This document shows positions 47,764 through 62,242 of a DNA stretch of 64,000 nucleotides, in pieces. Origin of the DNA: Gnetum montanum. Its lineage: Eukaryota > Plantae > Gnetophyta. Where the stretch lies: positions 192,378 to 256,377 of the forward strand of contig MNCI01002616.1 in NCBI GenBank assembly GCA_015680685.1, in the 5' to 3' direction. Position numbers and translations under genes: made by a program. Each line of letters starts with the position of its first letter. The first letter of the stretch is position 1. Below the pieces are notes generated by a model. It searched no databases, had not been told where the DNA came from, and saw only the letters and a program-made list of their open reading frames with translations.

Positions 47764-48834
47764 ATCAACCTTTGGAGAATGAGCTTGAGAGATGTTGACA
47801 AAGAATATGAAATACCACGGAAGGCATAATGCTAATGTTGCTACTCGGTGATCGTCAGGACATCGCTTGGCTACACTTGAGAGTGTTGCATTGATTTATG
47901 CAGGAAGAAAGGATGAAGCAAGGAGGAAGGAGGCTCAGGAAAAAAGGTAAAGATGAGGTTTAGTAGAGTCCCTCATTGGAGTGCTCATGAGGGAGTCGTT
48001 TGCGTTTTCATGTTTACTTTCGTCGACCTTCGACCTCTTGTAGGATAGGTGTTTCTTTTCTTGGATGAGTTGTGTTACATCCATGTGGGGTTTTGACCTA
48101 CCTACAGAAACTTCACATGTGGCGAGATATGTTACACACATCATGGAATCTGCACTTTGAAGTGGCCAAGCTAGTTGAGGTACTCACTTCGCGACACCGT
48201 AGCATTTGCTGCTATGCTAAGACATGCTTCCGGCTGCACCCTGTAAGCACAACAGAGAGCGAAATAGCCATGATGCAAAGAAAGGACAGAGGTCTTGCTT
48301 GCTATAGATGTTGTTGAAGCTCTTGGACACCTTTGCTAGTGTTTGGTATCCAAAGAAGGAAGGCCAATAGCAGCCTTGGTAGCACCAGGGTGGAGTAGCT
48401 AGCGTCGAAGGAACAGGGAGCTACTGTGAATGCAGATGCTCTGGAATCCCTACCAAGGGCATGCATTCTTAGTTCAACTATGGGATTAGCTACCATATAG
48501 CTAAACGTCATGCAAGCCTAGGCATCGGTAGGGAGCTAGAGGGTAACAATATTGTGGCTGGTCCACAATACTGCCAAAAATCCAGCCGCAAGCACTGACC
48601 AAGGAACTACCATCAAGGTGGTGGGCCATGGCGAAGATAGGTCCAGAGGGCCAGTGTGATGTCATACAACATCTTCGAAGGGTTAGCACAATACCAAGGG
48701 TGACATCGTTACATACGTTCTCATTGCGTCGTGAACTGCATTATGAAGCTTCAACATCTATCCCCCACGTTGGCATTGCGCACACTTGTTCAATGTGTAC
48801 TTGGTGCAGATGCACGCTAGGGATGTGACGCAAA

Positions 48835-49110
48835 CCCAGTTTAAGGTCCTGGTAGACCGTGTGCTGGTTTAGGGTCCCAGTAGACCATTGTGCTGGTTTA
48901 AGGTCCCAACAGACCGTAAATGCTAGTTTAGTATCATAGCAAATGTGTTGCACCAGTTTACAATCATAGTGAACTAGTTGTATTGGCTTAAGGTCCTAGC
49001 AGACCCTACATGCCAGTTTAATGTCATAGCGGATGATCGTCGCTAGTTTAACTTCATAGCGGATGTTGCTTGTTGTTGCCAGTTTAACATCATAGTAAAC
49101 ACTGCTTGTT
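48835..49110 (-). repeat. Post-pol tandem array, element F
   Basis: Plus-strand GC(T/C)AGTTTAANNTC(A/C)TAGC units, ~9 copies. Confidence 0.85.
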
Positions 49111-49121
49111 GTCGTCATGCT

Positions 49122-52100
49122 TTAGATGTAGTATGACTTGAGCTATGAGTGATTCACTGGGTTGGCAAACCCATTGCCATCCATGTCCGCCAACTTAAAG
49201 GCTCCATTCCAAAAGACTTTGGTGACCATGTATGGTCCTTCCCAGTTGGCTGAGAATTTGCTCACATGCTCGCAGATAGCTTTGAGGACAAGGTCTCCCT
49301 TCTGTACTAGCCGTCGATGCAAGTCTACATGGTTCTTTCACTGTTTCTTGCTCTGGTAGCGCTCTATGAGGCTCAACATCTACGCTTGCTCCTCCTCTAT
49401 TGAGTCAAGGTTGATAATCTATGACTCATTGTTCTGGGATTTGCTCACAACATTAGAGAGGATCATCTGGAGTGATGGTACTTGCAACTCAAGAGGCAAC
49501 AAAGCTTTAGATCCATAAACGAGATTATAATGGGTCTTACTTGTTGTGGTTCTTCACATCATCCTATAGGCCCATAGAATGTAGAGGGTTTGCTCATGCC
49601 ACCACCTATTACTATTGCTAAGCATCCACTTCAGCAAGTTGATGATGGACTTATTTGTAGCTTCAGCCTACCTGTTCACCTACGGCTAATACGGGGAAGA
49701 GAATGATTGCCTGATGCCTAGATCGCTGCAGAAGGTTTGGGTTTCTATACTACTAAATTGTGGTCCATTTTTGGTTACAATAGTCATCAGAAGCCCAAAT
49801 TTTGTCATAATGTTGTCTAGGATGAAGTGGTAGATTTGTTGAGATTTCATCTTCCTCAGGGGATAGCTTCCACCCACTTAGTAAAATACTCAATGGCAGT
49901 GATAATGAAGCTATTCCCTATGGAGGACTTAGGTGTGATAGTTCCTATGAGGTCTAGTCCCCATCATTGGAAAGGCCATGTGATTTGCGTCGGGTGCAGG
50001 TCCGTAGGTGAGACATGTATAAGATTTGCATGTCTCTGGCATGTGTCACACGTCTTGACTTTTGACATGTAGTCATGCTTCATATGGGGCCAGTAGTACC
50101 CTAGGCGTTTAATTTTCATAGACATAGCCCTAGGTGCTATGTTTCCACCACATAGTCCTTCATGCACTTCATTAACTACCCTCTACGCCTGCTCCTTACC
50201 CATGCATGCTAGCAATATCCCGTCATAGGAGCGTCTACACAGGGCATCATTTCCCATGAGCGTATATTGCCAAGCATGCTTACGGATTGCATCTCTCTAG
50301 GTAGATGTTAGTCCTCTTGGGGGTTCACCGTGTTGTAGGTAGGCTTTAATGTTAGTGTACCACTCCTGAGTATCCGTAGCACTGATAGGCTCAGTACATT
50401 CAACAATCAAAGTTGGAAAATTTACGAACGAGTGTGGTGGAATATTTAAAGCAAGGGTGGCTCAAGCATCTACTACAGTGTTATCGTTGCATGGCACGTG
50501 TTGCACATTTGTGGTTGCAAATTGCTTAAGCAGGCTTTTTGCTAGATCACGATAGGGTTGTAGGTGTGTAGCTTTGCAGGTGTAGACCTCAGTGATTTGA
50601 TTCACAACTAGCTGTGAATCACCATAGATTGCCAAGTGTTGTATGAATAGTGTTTGGGTAGTTGAGAGGCCTCTGAGTAGCCCCTCATACTCTGCCATGT
50701 TTTTGATGTAGGGGAAAACAAAATGATAAGCAAACAGGTGCATTTCCCCAGAGGGAAACGTAATGACGGCAGCTGCACTACCTCCTCACATGGTTGAGGA
50801 AATGTCAAAGTGTAAAGTAGCTTCCAAGTGCGATGGGACGATGTTGATAATGCCAACATGCTCGTCCAGGAATCTAGGATCTATGGTTGCACGGTCGTCG
50901 ACAAGTGAGGCCGTGAGTTGTGTTTCTATGGCTTGACCCTTAGTCGATGACTAGCTTACATAGTGTAGGTTGAACTCTGTAGTTACTGCTTTCTATCAAG
51001 CTATCTGACTACTTTCATATAGGTTGTTAGTGATAGCCCTGAGTATGTTGCTTTTTCAAATGATGTTAATCATACTACAAAACAAGTACTACCTCCACTT
51101 TTTTAACACGAACACTAAGGCTAGGCAATTCCTCTTCACTTCATTTTATTTTTCCTTATGTGCTATTAATGTGTGACTTAGATAATACACTGGTATCTCT
51201 AAACCATCATCTTTTTTCTAACATAGAAGTGCTAGGAGGTGGCAAGGTGGCAAGGTAGATGAAGAAAGGCTTATCCCTCTATGGCGGATGCACAGTTGGG
51301 ATGTGCAAAAGCCCTTCCTTCAAGTTATCGAAGGCTTGTTGACACTAGGTTGTCCACTCGAAGTTAACCCCTCTCTTCAGAAGATGTTGCATGGGTTGTA
51401 ACTTGTCAGTCAACTTTACTATAAACCTTTGGATGAACTGTACCCTACCTTGCAAACTGCGCAACTCTTTAAGATTTGCAGGAGGTGCTAGGTTGACGAT
51501 GGCCTTAACCTTGTCAAGGTCCATCCATATTCTAGCCTTCGATACCACGAACCCTAACATGCATCTAGTTTTTACTCCAAAGACACACTTCTTAGGATTA
51601 AGGCACAAATCATGCATTTGACAACACTTGAGGACTACCCCTAGATTGCGTGGGTGATTAGTGGCTTCTTTGGACTTGATTGCTATATCATCCATGTAGT
51701 CGTTTAATGTTTCTAGGATGTAGGCACTAAAGATGTAAGTCATGGTTTGTTGGTAGGTTGCTCTGATGTTCTTAATCCCAAAAGGCATCATGGTGTAGCA
51801 AAAGGTCCCCCATGGGGTCATGAAGGTTGTTGTTAGCTGATGCTGCAGGTTGATGCGAATTTTGTTGTAGCCGGAGAAACTATCCATGAAGGATAGCAGG
51901 GCATGGCCAGTCATAGTGTCGATGAGTTGATCAATGCTTGGAAGTGGAAAATCATCCTTGATCATTGCTTTTTTAGATCCTAGAAATCTATACAAATTTG
52001 TATTCATCTCGATTTCTTAGGAACCACAACGATGTTGAACACCCATTCCGAATAATCAATTGTGCAAATGAAACCAGCTTGGTATAACTTTGTGATTTCG

Positions 52101-52570
52101 TCCCTTCTGACTAGTGCAATTTTGTGTCTAACCTTATGAGATTTCTACTTGATGACCTTCATGCGTAGGTTTAGGATAATGTTGTGTTGTATCAGCCTTG
52201 GATCTAAACCCAGCATGTCACTGTATGACCATGTGAAGACTTTGATGTTGTCTTGCAGAATCCTGGCTATGTTTTCATGCGTCTGCATGTCTAGGAGGGA
52301 GCTATGTTTTAACATTTCTACTTCTCCCTTGGATGTGATCATAGGCATCTCGACGAGAGGGTCCTTAGTTACATCTCCAGCCTCTAAATCTAGAGTTTGG
52401 ACCAAATGCTCGGGCCAGTCTGGGGATGTTTCTAAAAATGCTATGATGCTAGCTGTGGTTGACCCCAAGTCAATCAGGTTGGGGTTCAATTTTCTTGTGA
52501 GCTTGCCATGTGGACCTCTTAAAGCTAAAGGCATGGAGAGATCATGATGGATTTCCATTTTTTGCTTAAC
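49122..52570 (-). pseudogene. pol: pol (RT-RH-aRH-INT) of element F
   Basis: KDDFPLPSIDQL, MPFGIKN, YMDD, AEYEGLL / GDSQLVVNQ (aRH), HEGLCGG/CDTCQ, WEGPY. Confidence 0.93.
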
Positions 52571-52779
52571 CTATCAAAATGAGATGAAAGCATGATCAAG
52601 AGGCACCTATTGGTAGTAATCGTGTATAACGAAAACTTGCAAAGCAATGCCAAGATGTAACTAGCGAAGTATGATGTAAAGATTAAAATTTTACCAATTT
52701 AAAGTTATGGCAAACTGATATGGCATGGAGATGTAGAGTTGCTAAATGGTGAATGTAAAACTATCGATGTGAAAATGTG

Positions 52780-53012
52780 AAGCTGCTAGTTTAGCGTCAT
52801 TGTGGACTGTGAATGTACAATAGATCAAAAATGCTAGTTTAGGTCTTTTTGGACCATTAAAGTCACTTCCACGTTAGGATTTCTAGTTTAAGGTCTTTTC
52901 AGACTAGCAACGAGAGTGGAATGCTACGCTAAAAATGCTAGTTTAAGGTCTTTTCGGACCGCGAAACTTGCAACTGTGTTGGGGTTGCTAGTTTAAGGTC
53001 TTTACAGACCAG
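52780..53012 (-). repeat. GGTC-N6-GACC-TTAAACTAGCA array upstream of the pol acceptor, element F
   Basis: About 5 spaced copies of plus-strand GCTAGTTTAAGGTCTTTTC(A/G)GACC. Confidence 0.8.
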
Positions 53013-53351
53013 TAACGAAAATTATGTATTTTTTTCATTTTTTTTGGAAAGCGAGAAGTTAGCTTGAAGCATGTCAAGGTTTTAATGCCAACAGTGCTAT
53101 GGTGTCATGGCAAGCATGCTACGCTATACGGCACACTCCGCATTAAATGGAGAGAGAGAGCACCAAGTTTCCCTTTTTCACCATTACGACCATAAATAGG
53201 GATTAAACCTTGGTAAGCTTGTCATTCTCACCGTAAGACTGCAGAGCCCATATTAGGAGCACAAAGAGATTTCAGAGCATGGAGTGATTATGCTAATTAG
53301 TGAGCAAGGCAATTGTTTGCATAGTGATGAGGGAAGTCTGCAAGCAGGACG

Positions 53352-56300
53352 ATGGCTCCAAAGAAGGAACGTACCCACTTGGCACTTGCAAAGGTTGAGG
53401 AGGTGAAGAAAACCCTAGGGTGCATGACATAAGCATGCATTGAAGCACAGGAGGACATGCCATTGACTTGGTAGGCCACTATGCTTTCTCTACTTCTTTG
53501 TTATTCTATTATCATTTTTTGTATTTGTTTTCTTCTTTGTATCCTAGTCTTAGTCATCTATGTTTTTTGTCATCATGTTGTTTTGGCCTTTAGATCGCCG
53601 CTGCCATTTTGGCCATGGTAGATGCCTAAGCGCTATGCTATCTTTGCATGTAAGGTTGCTTAAATTGCCACCACCACAGTTGTCATAACCGTGGGGGTTT
53701 AGAAATTTTAAGTTACTTGGCTTTTGAATGACATAGTGTAGGATCCTTATGAGGGTTGGGCCATGCATAATGTGATAGTGAGACATGTGTTCTATCGGGG
53801 CATATCATTAATTTCCCTGTTAGGGTTAATTTCTTTGTTGCTACGCTAGGCTATTTTCGTTGCACTATTGCTTTCATGTTCTTGCTACGCTATGTGTGGG
53901 AAGAGGGTTATGCCATGCTATATGCATGAAATGCTAGGTATTGCTATGTTGCGTGTGCATTGCATTTAGACATGATGCTGATACTTGCTGGTTGTGTTGC
54001 GCAAGATGGGGCTAAGGCCAATTTTGATTATCTTAGAAATTGTAGGGGTCCTGTGTTATGTAGGAAAACCTATGGCTGATGTTCCTCCTCCCCGTATACG
54101 TGTAGGAGAGTGGGGTGTCTGCTTCAAGAAAGAAGCACAGGAATTCCTACATTACCTCCTCCGACACTTCAGTGTGATCATTTGGTCATACCTAGAAGAG
54201 GAAGAGGCGACTGTCATAACATAAGCCATATTCCCTAGGGCAAGTCGAGGCATCCTGAGGTTTTTGACGAATGGGGCAATCATTAGCAGGCAGGGAGAAG
54301 GATCTAGTTAATACCCCACAAGGTTAAGGCGTTTAACCTAGATCTACGATATGCCTGAGTATGGTTACTACCATTCTTATAACACACTATTCGTTGCACA
54401 TTATATGGAAATGTGCTTCCAAAACCCACCAGAAACTATCTACTGTGTTGGTAGGTGAGTTTTTTGTAGTCTTGTTCCACTGTGTTGTGCGACGCTTACC
54501 ATATTGGCTAGATGCTAATGGTATTTTTTTGTTACTAGGTTCTACATTAACAAGGAAGGGCTTCATGACCAACTGGGTCTGCTAACTATAGCATAGATGG
54601 CCTTGCAAGAGTTCTCTTCTGCTAAGAACCTGTAGGTGGTGTGATTGGTCAATGCGAGGGTGAATACCACACCTACCCAGAACTATACCCCATTCCCTAT
54701 GATCAATGCAAGGGGTCTAGTTGGCTGGATGATGGGTGGGTGCAAGCTTTCAAACCAATCACTATTGACCAAGTTCTAGTTAGTCTTCTGTCGTTCCCGT
54801 TACCGTATAGGCCCAGTAGGCCAAATAGTAAGTGTTGCATGCTTAAGTGTCTTTGCAATCCTTGGATTTTCTATGTTTCTATGCTAAACGTTTTTCGTGA
54901 AAACTATTATAGGGACAAAAATGCCCCAGGAGATGATAGTGGTGATCGTCGAGACACAGAAGGCAAACATCTACTTCAATTATGGAGAAGTAGATGTGAG
55001 CCAATGCTAGATAAACGGTATGGCTTCTGACTCCTTGGTCCAGAATATCCAAAAGGCTAGGCTCATAGATCTATTCTTAGCTCCAAATTCAAGCATTCCT
55101 ATAGCTGAGATGCTCTCCCTGATCAGCTCCTTTTCTGACAAGGCCGACGGCTTTCACATGTGCATACGGGGCATGCGGGTGGTCCTTGAAATCAATGACT
55201 AGCTATTCATGGACCTCTTTGGTGTCCCCGTCCATGGCATTCTCATAGGGTCAAAGTCCAAGAGGGAGCTGACCTTTTAGAAGAAGGACATTCAGGAGTG
55301 GTTAGGGATTGCCAAGGAGCAAAAGGGGCTCCCCATGGAGAAGCTTAAAGAAGGACCCACCAGGGAGGTTTACCCTATCTTCCATGCTTGCACATTCCCC
55401 CAACTTCTTTCCCAAGGGAAGGTCCTAGGGATTGAGCAGGCCTGAGGTCATGGAGGAGGGGGCCCATTACAACTGGGTCATGTTTTTATGTAAAGGCTTG
55501 CAAACTGAAATCTTGGAGCTCCATAAGAAACTAGAGTCCCATTCCAATATACATTATGCCTTTTACATAGCCTATCTGAAGTGTTTTGCATAGTTTCTAG
55601 TGGTTCACAAGAATGGAGCCTGGGTCATGCAAAATCATGGCCAAATTTCTAGACCATGGATTCGCTAGATCCTCTAGACCACTCGAGCCCAAGATTCCGC
55701 AGAGATAATTAGGGAGTCTTTCTCTCTGATGACTAAGGATCGGGTGGCCCGCAACTTTCACGGCCAAGATAGCATAGGAGAGATGCCCCCTACTGTAGTT
55801 GGTAGTGTGTCATGGGGGGAACGTCTCATAGCCAAGACTATGGCCAGTAAGTTGTAGCAGAAGAGTCCTTCTCCAGCTAAAGAAACCCTTCGCATGGAGG
55901 AAGAGGAGGGGCAGAGACTGCAGCTTAAACTATAGAGGATGCAACCCCCCATTGGTAAATGCTTTTGTTTAATGCCCATTTTGTTATTGCCTACTATGCT
56001 AGGCATCATAGCGTAGCATAGCACCTGCTTTAAGCTAACTTATTTTGGACTAATGAAAACATGTCTCTTGACTGGCAAAGGAGGAAGAAGAAGAAGAAGA
56101 AAGCAATGAAGAGGTGTCAGCCCCTAAGATAGGGGTGACGAATAAAGACTCGAAGGCCCCAGTCTTAGAGAGAAGGGTCTCGGTCAAGAAGGGAAGAACT
56201 CCTATCGCTAAGGCAGGGGCTCTTGTTATCAGGAAAAATCCTCCTACTGACAAGGAGAGAATTTTTAAAGATGAAGAAGTGTCTCCCTTGAATAAAAAGG

Positions 56301-57773
56301 ATGCTATTCTCTCAAAAGGAAAGGCACCAATGCATGAAGAAGAGACCCGTACAGACTTGGCAGGGACTTCTACCAAGGCTTCCACCATTGTTTTGCATAA
56401 GTAAGAGGGAAGACCACAATTGGATGCTGGTGAGTTCAGCAACATGTCTACCTTGTCATACCCATTCTGGCCATTGCTAATATGTTTAATTATTTGATAG
56501 GCATCATTGTTGATACTGCAGGACCCCCTCTGACTTGTGCGGAATCATGGTCCAAGATCCTTGATAAGTTTATGTTCATGTAGGGAATCGTTGATGACAT
56601 GATTAGCTGCCTTCAGTAGGTGGACCCTGACGTGGGTAAGTAGTAGTGTTAGGTGCTCTCATGTTCCTATACTAGAATTTCTTGGTCTTGCTAATCTTGC
56701 TATGCTAACGTGACTACTATGCTCTTTGTGTCATGGCAGCCTCTCGGCTCAAATGGGACCTAGCACAACCTTTGAAAGTTGTTGCCATGCCTACAGTCTT
56801 ACTTGAACTGACCAAGGTGTCTCGTTGTGCATACAACGAGATCTGCAAATGCTCTTTGCACTTGGCATGCTCCTTGTGGGAGTATAAGCACATCAATGAG
56901 GACCTATGTAAATGGCTCCAAAAAGCTGAGCAAGAGAAGGCCGACCTGAGCACTGAGGTGGAGGATCTCAAGTCAAGGAATGAATTCCTTATAGCCCGTG
57001 ACACTAATAATGAGGACTGGTGCATGACTGTGATAGATTATGCTAGATTTTGGAGAGTCACACATTAAAGCATCGAAGCCACCCATGAAATAATAGAACA
57101 ATAGATGCAAATGGACTTGTTGGACTAGAAGTGTCAGGATTTGAAAGATTTCAATGCCAAGGTTTACGAATGGGGGCAGTCCCAGAAAAACCATAAACAT
57201 ATGTATAAACTGGAACATGCCACTACTCGTAAACTGTACAAGGACGTTTTTGTGAAGGTGTTTACGTATAAATCATTCATAAATTCCATTGACACTTCTG
57301 AGGCCTATGCCAAGTTTAAAGAGTAGGTAAAGGTTACAGAATCTCATGATTGGAAAGTGGACCTTCCCACAAGAGAAACCACAACCACCTCCTTTTCTCT
57401 AGGACCATTGAGGTGGACAACCACCGAGAGGGAGAGAGCTACTACAGACGTTGAACCAGGCAACAAGCGTTGGGTGGACATCACGGTAGAGGAGGTCTAG
57501 CACGGCCTTGGGCTTAGTTTAGACTGGATACCCTTCAAAGCCCTTCTTAGGTTAGTTGCTTTCTACTATATTAATGCTTATGCTCTATTGTAGCTTGCGT
57601 GTGTTGCTTTAGCTGACCACTTCATTCCTACGTTGTAGGCTCCAGATGAGGACGTAGGGCTCATAGAGGGAAGGACTGAAGGATTAGTGGAATACAATGC
57701 CAAGGAAGGTGATGCAAAAGGAAATGATGCAGAAATGAATGGTGAAGATGATGCAAACAAGGAGAACCCATGA
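53352..57773 (+). pseudogene. Antisense ~8-exon accessory gene of element F
   Basis: MAPKK start, phase-2 first intron as in D; LIILEIVGVLCYV...EFLHYLLRHFSVIIWS; YHSYNTLFV...QNPPET; HYNWVMFL; last exon the same length as in D (132 nt + TGA). Confidence 0.8.
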
Positions 57774-57937
57774 TAGCATGGGATTTTTAAAATTTTGAAT
57801 TTTTGTAAAATTTTTGCAAATGTTGCCCAAAAGGCAGAAATTTTGAATGAAGAAGATAATTTTAGAAAGGAAATTTATTTTGCGTTAACTTGTGCATTGT
57901 TTACATGCTACATTTTGTGTAAAATTTTCATGCTTGC

Positions 57938-58315
57938 ATGTGCTAGTTTTAGGCCATTTCGGGCCATTACTAGTTTTAAGCCGTTTTGGGCCATTACATA
58001 GTTTTAGGTCATTTTGGGCCATAGCATAGCATTCCATAGAGATAATACATTAACAACTTGAACATTGCTAATTTTAGGAAATTTTGGGCCATTGCTAGTT
58101 TTAGGCCATTTCAGGCCATTGCTACTTTTAGGCCATTTCGGGCTATAGCATAGTTTTAGGCCATTTTGGGCCATTGCTAGTTTTAGTCCATTTCATGCCA
58201 TAGCGTAGTTTTAGGCCATTTCAGGCCATAGCATAGTTTTAGGACATTTAGGGCCATAGCATAGTTTTAGGCCATTTCATGCCATAGCATAATTTTAGGC
58301 CATTTCAGGCCACAA
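57938..58315 (-). repeat. ~24-29-bp tandem array GGCC-N6-GGCC-TAAAACT, element F
   Basis: About 12 plus-strand units TAGTTTTAGGCCATTT(C/T)(A/G)GGCCAT. Confidence 0.9.
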
Positions 58316-58479
58316 CGTTGACAACTTGAACATTGCCAACTGGTAACTTATGTAGACAGATGGATTGTAAACAACGCAAGATGGTAATGTGCGAAGAATA
58401 ATCACTAGGCAGGAAGCAGTGGGGTTGCTATGCTATGCATAGCTACTTCTTGATCCATCGTGGATTGAGTGGAGCGTAA

Positions 58480-61400
58480 GGCCAGGGCACTTTGCCAGGG
58501 CCTTTTTTTGCATCATTTTCCCTCACTTGGAAGGGCAACTAAACCCATGTGCTTTCGTTTTGGAAACTAACCTACTGAGTCGATTCTCTTGCTAGATGGT
58601 TAGTGTGTGTGTAAGCAGGTGCTTCATTCTCAAAGGTTACGACCTCTAAGCCCTGCTCTATGTCTACATTACTGATAGCCTATGCTACTACCTCATCACC
58701 ATGGATCACCACCTCCTTGCCTACGTATGGTAGGTGGATTTCTTGGTGTATAGGTGAGGAGACAACCCTAATTTGTGCTAACCACGATCTCCCCAAGATT
58801 AGGTTAAACCTGGGCATTTCCTCAACCACGATGAATGTTGCGTTTGTGGGGAACTGGTCCCCTGCCATGAAGTCTATGTGGGCTGTGCCCTTCACCAGGA
58901 CATGTGCCCCATTGAATGACTTCAAGCATGATGTCATTGTGGGTTTGACCTCGTCGACCAAGCCCAATTTTTCCACAATAGGGAATGGGATGACATTCGT
59001 GGCAACCCCATCATCAACATGTACCCTTTGGATCTGATGTTAACTGACCCGAATTATGATGAAAAGGGGTGTTGTAGTCACCTGGCCCCTTTCGGGATCT
59101 TCCCTAATGGCATCGTCGCGGAAGGTTAGTTGAGGCAGTTCTGGCTCTACAAGTGCAGAGGGGAGCATGATCAAGTAGATCACTTCCTCTTCCATTGGCA
59201 TGTCTTCATTGATTGGAGTCACTATCAACATGCAAATCAGAGCCTCATGGTGTGATATGGACATCATGATTAGGTCATACAAGCTCAAAGTAGTGTTTTT
59301 CTATTTTAGAGCTTGCTTAACCTAAGTGAAGGCATCCAAGAGATCTTGTTTGTCCCCCTCTTTAATGCTTTCCTCCTCTTCTATTCATCCCAAAAGATAA
59401 ATTTCCCGAGGAGGGGCGATTTCGGGTCTAGGTTCAGGCCCATTTTGGTAGGGTAGCACGGATTGTACAGTTATAGCGACGTTCCTCTTTGGTGACAAGG
59501 GCGTGGACATAGAGGGTGAAGACATAGGCTTGGAAATACTAGGGACAGTACTTCTTCTCAATGTCTCTCTTACGAAACACACTTCTCATTTTTTAGGACA
59601 AGAAGGTTGTTCAGCTATCTTATGTTGGACGGGGGCTGTCAAAGGAGTAGCCCCTTGATGATGAAAGGAGCTAACAGTGTTAACAGGCTAAGTAGCTCGA
59701 TTTTGCTAACAGGTGGCATGGAGATGGATGCTCGTGGAGGGACTCTCAGAATGAACGGCTATTGCAAGCTTCGGCCAACTGCTGGTGGTGTTGGTGCACT
59801 ACGTTGAGGCACACGGACCACGAATGGCTGCTGGGGTGACCTAGGATCACTATCAATACCGATGGCATTGATGATGTAACCGACATTGTTGGTGTTGAGG
59901 GGGTCTATGTAGACATGCATAGATTGGTTCTTAGGGCGTACTGGGTTATTTTCATCCAATACCAGGTTTCCCTGATCGATCAATCTCTAGATGTCATCCT
60001 ACAACACCAGACAGTAATCTGTGTTGTGACCACACTATTGGTGATAGTCACAAAATCTATCTAGCCTGAAATCCTTAGGAATTGGGAGCTCATTAGGCAG
60101 GGCCAAAGAGGGGTTCCTATGGAGCTCACAGTAGTGTTGATGTCTCCTGATTGCTTCTTCTGACATCTTCTTCTATTGGATGTGCCCCATTGCTAATAGC
60201 TTCTTCAGAAGTTCTGAAGGCTTGAGAGGTAGTGGGATGTACTTTAAGTGATCTTTACACTCAAAGATATTTTTGGGTTGCACAGATGTCTTACGTGCAA
60301 GTATTGGGGGTTGCGGTGCATTGCCCTGCTTGGGCACAGGGTTAGCTACAGGTATGGCTGATTTCTTATTGTTCTTGTTACCATTGTTACTAGGTTTAGG
60401 CTTTGTCTCGGTTTCCACAACAGCCACTATGGTTGTTGGGGCCTTACCCTTGTCCTTCTTTGTTAACATGTTTTTGTATCCAGTGTAGGCTAGGTCTTTT
60501 CTTGCCTCAACCATGTCATATATACTCTTAGTCTGAGCAAAGGCTTGACTAAGAGTGCAAAGGGTGAGGTAGTACAGTTTAGACTGGATAAAGTCATTCA
60601 CTACACCCTTAAAGATAGCTAGTAGGTGGGCCTCCACAATGGGCTCATGGATTTTATTAAGGGTTACACTCCATCACTGGATGAACTTCTGGACTGGGTC
60701 CAAAGGATCTTACTTCACACTCATCAACTGGTCTAGCGTGCTTCCCGCCTTCAAGTTATACTTGAAGCACATCACAAACTGGGTCAAAATCTCTTCTAGA
60801 GTTAAAATGGATGAGTGTGGTAGCACTTGGTACCAATCCAGGGCTTTCCTAGCTAAGGACATAGCAAAGACATGAATAATCGTGTGCAGCCATTGTTGCA
60901 ACAGAAGGGATTCAGACCTAAAGGTAACAAGATGTGCATTGGGATCTCCCTTCCCATCGTACTTCATGAAGTGGGGGAGGGACATCCCTGGGGGTAACGT
61001 CAGATCAAGGATTACAGAGCTGATGGGATCATCCTAGTAAAAGTCCATGACTTGTACCATGTCAAACCCAATAGCTTTGAGGCATTTTATTTCCTCAGTG
61101 AGGGTTTCGATAAGCTAGAATGCTTGGTCTAGACCCTGCAATGTTGTGGATGGTTGGGAAACTACCGAGGTAGCTCCCATCTATGGAATGGCAGGGGTGG
61201 CGGTATGACCTATCAGCAGTACCGTTGGGATAGCCCCTGCAAACGATGTTGCTTGCACTATCCACCATCCAGCAAGTGGTGCTGTTGGAGTAGCAACCAT
61301 AGGTTGAGCTACTAGATAGACTGCTTATGTCATCGACGACATAGACCATAGCCCCGTATTGGGTTGTATCATTTGCGGGGTTTGGTAGGTTTGAGAATGA

Positions 61401-62242
61401 ACATAATGAGACATCTGCGATGGTTGTGGGATAGGTGAAGAAGTGAATGGGGTCCACCATGTGGATGGGCCTGGGCTTGCCATGGTGAGTGGAACAGACG
61501 TGAATGTAGGAATGGAAACGAAAGTTGTGTACGAATGTGAAGTAGGTACAATATGCGGCAGGGTAGTCATGATTGGTGTGTGATGTGCTATAGGAATTGG
61601 CTGATGAACAGTTTGCGGAGGCATCATTGCTGTAAATGAAACAAGGGAATAAGTGCATTGATACGCTAGGAGGGTGACACGGCTACCCATTACAGTTATG
61701 ATTGTAGGCTGTGGGAGTGTAGGCATGATCACAAAGGGAGTGGTGATAGACAACAAATTGGCCTAGAAGGACTGGGTAGGAGGGACAAGAACGGGGTTGG
61801 TTTGACCTCCCTCATCAGATTGGAAATTGAGTTCCTCCTATCCATCCTAGAAGGTGTCATCTTCGTTAGACACTGTGTCCTATTACTCCCTAAGCCTAGC
61901 CAACTGGATTAGCTAGTCTATAAGCCTTTGATTTGCCTATGTCAAAGGTATGGAAGCATCAGGATTGGGAACAGACTCCTTCTCATCATAGTAAGCAAAC
62001 TCGAAGCTACGTTTGCCTTCAAATTCATGTACATCCAAGGGAAGGTTTTCTTGAACCTTTTCATAGACGAAATTATAGCACTCATGTTGCTGGGCCAAGC
62101 CCTTAGGTCCCCAGTTTTGGATCCTGAGCGATCGATGTGTTTCCAGCATCAGGTTAAGCTATTGTTCGGCATCAGCGATGCCTTGAACTGTGATGGGAAC
62201 TTCAACATTAAAGGTGTTAGCAACGGTGCTTGGGGAAGCCAT
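58480..62242 (-). pseudogene. gag: gag-protease of element F
   Basis: ATG at 62242; KYDGKGDPNAHL, FCDYHQ.CGHNTDYC, HVDDGVATNV, NLILGRSWL. Confidence 0.9.
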
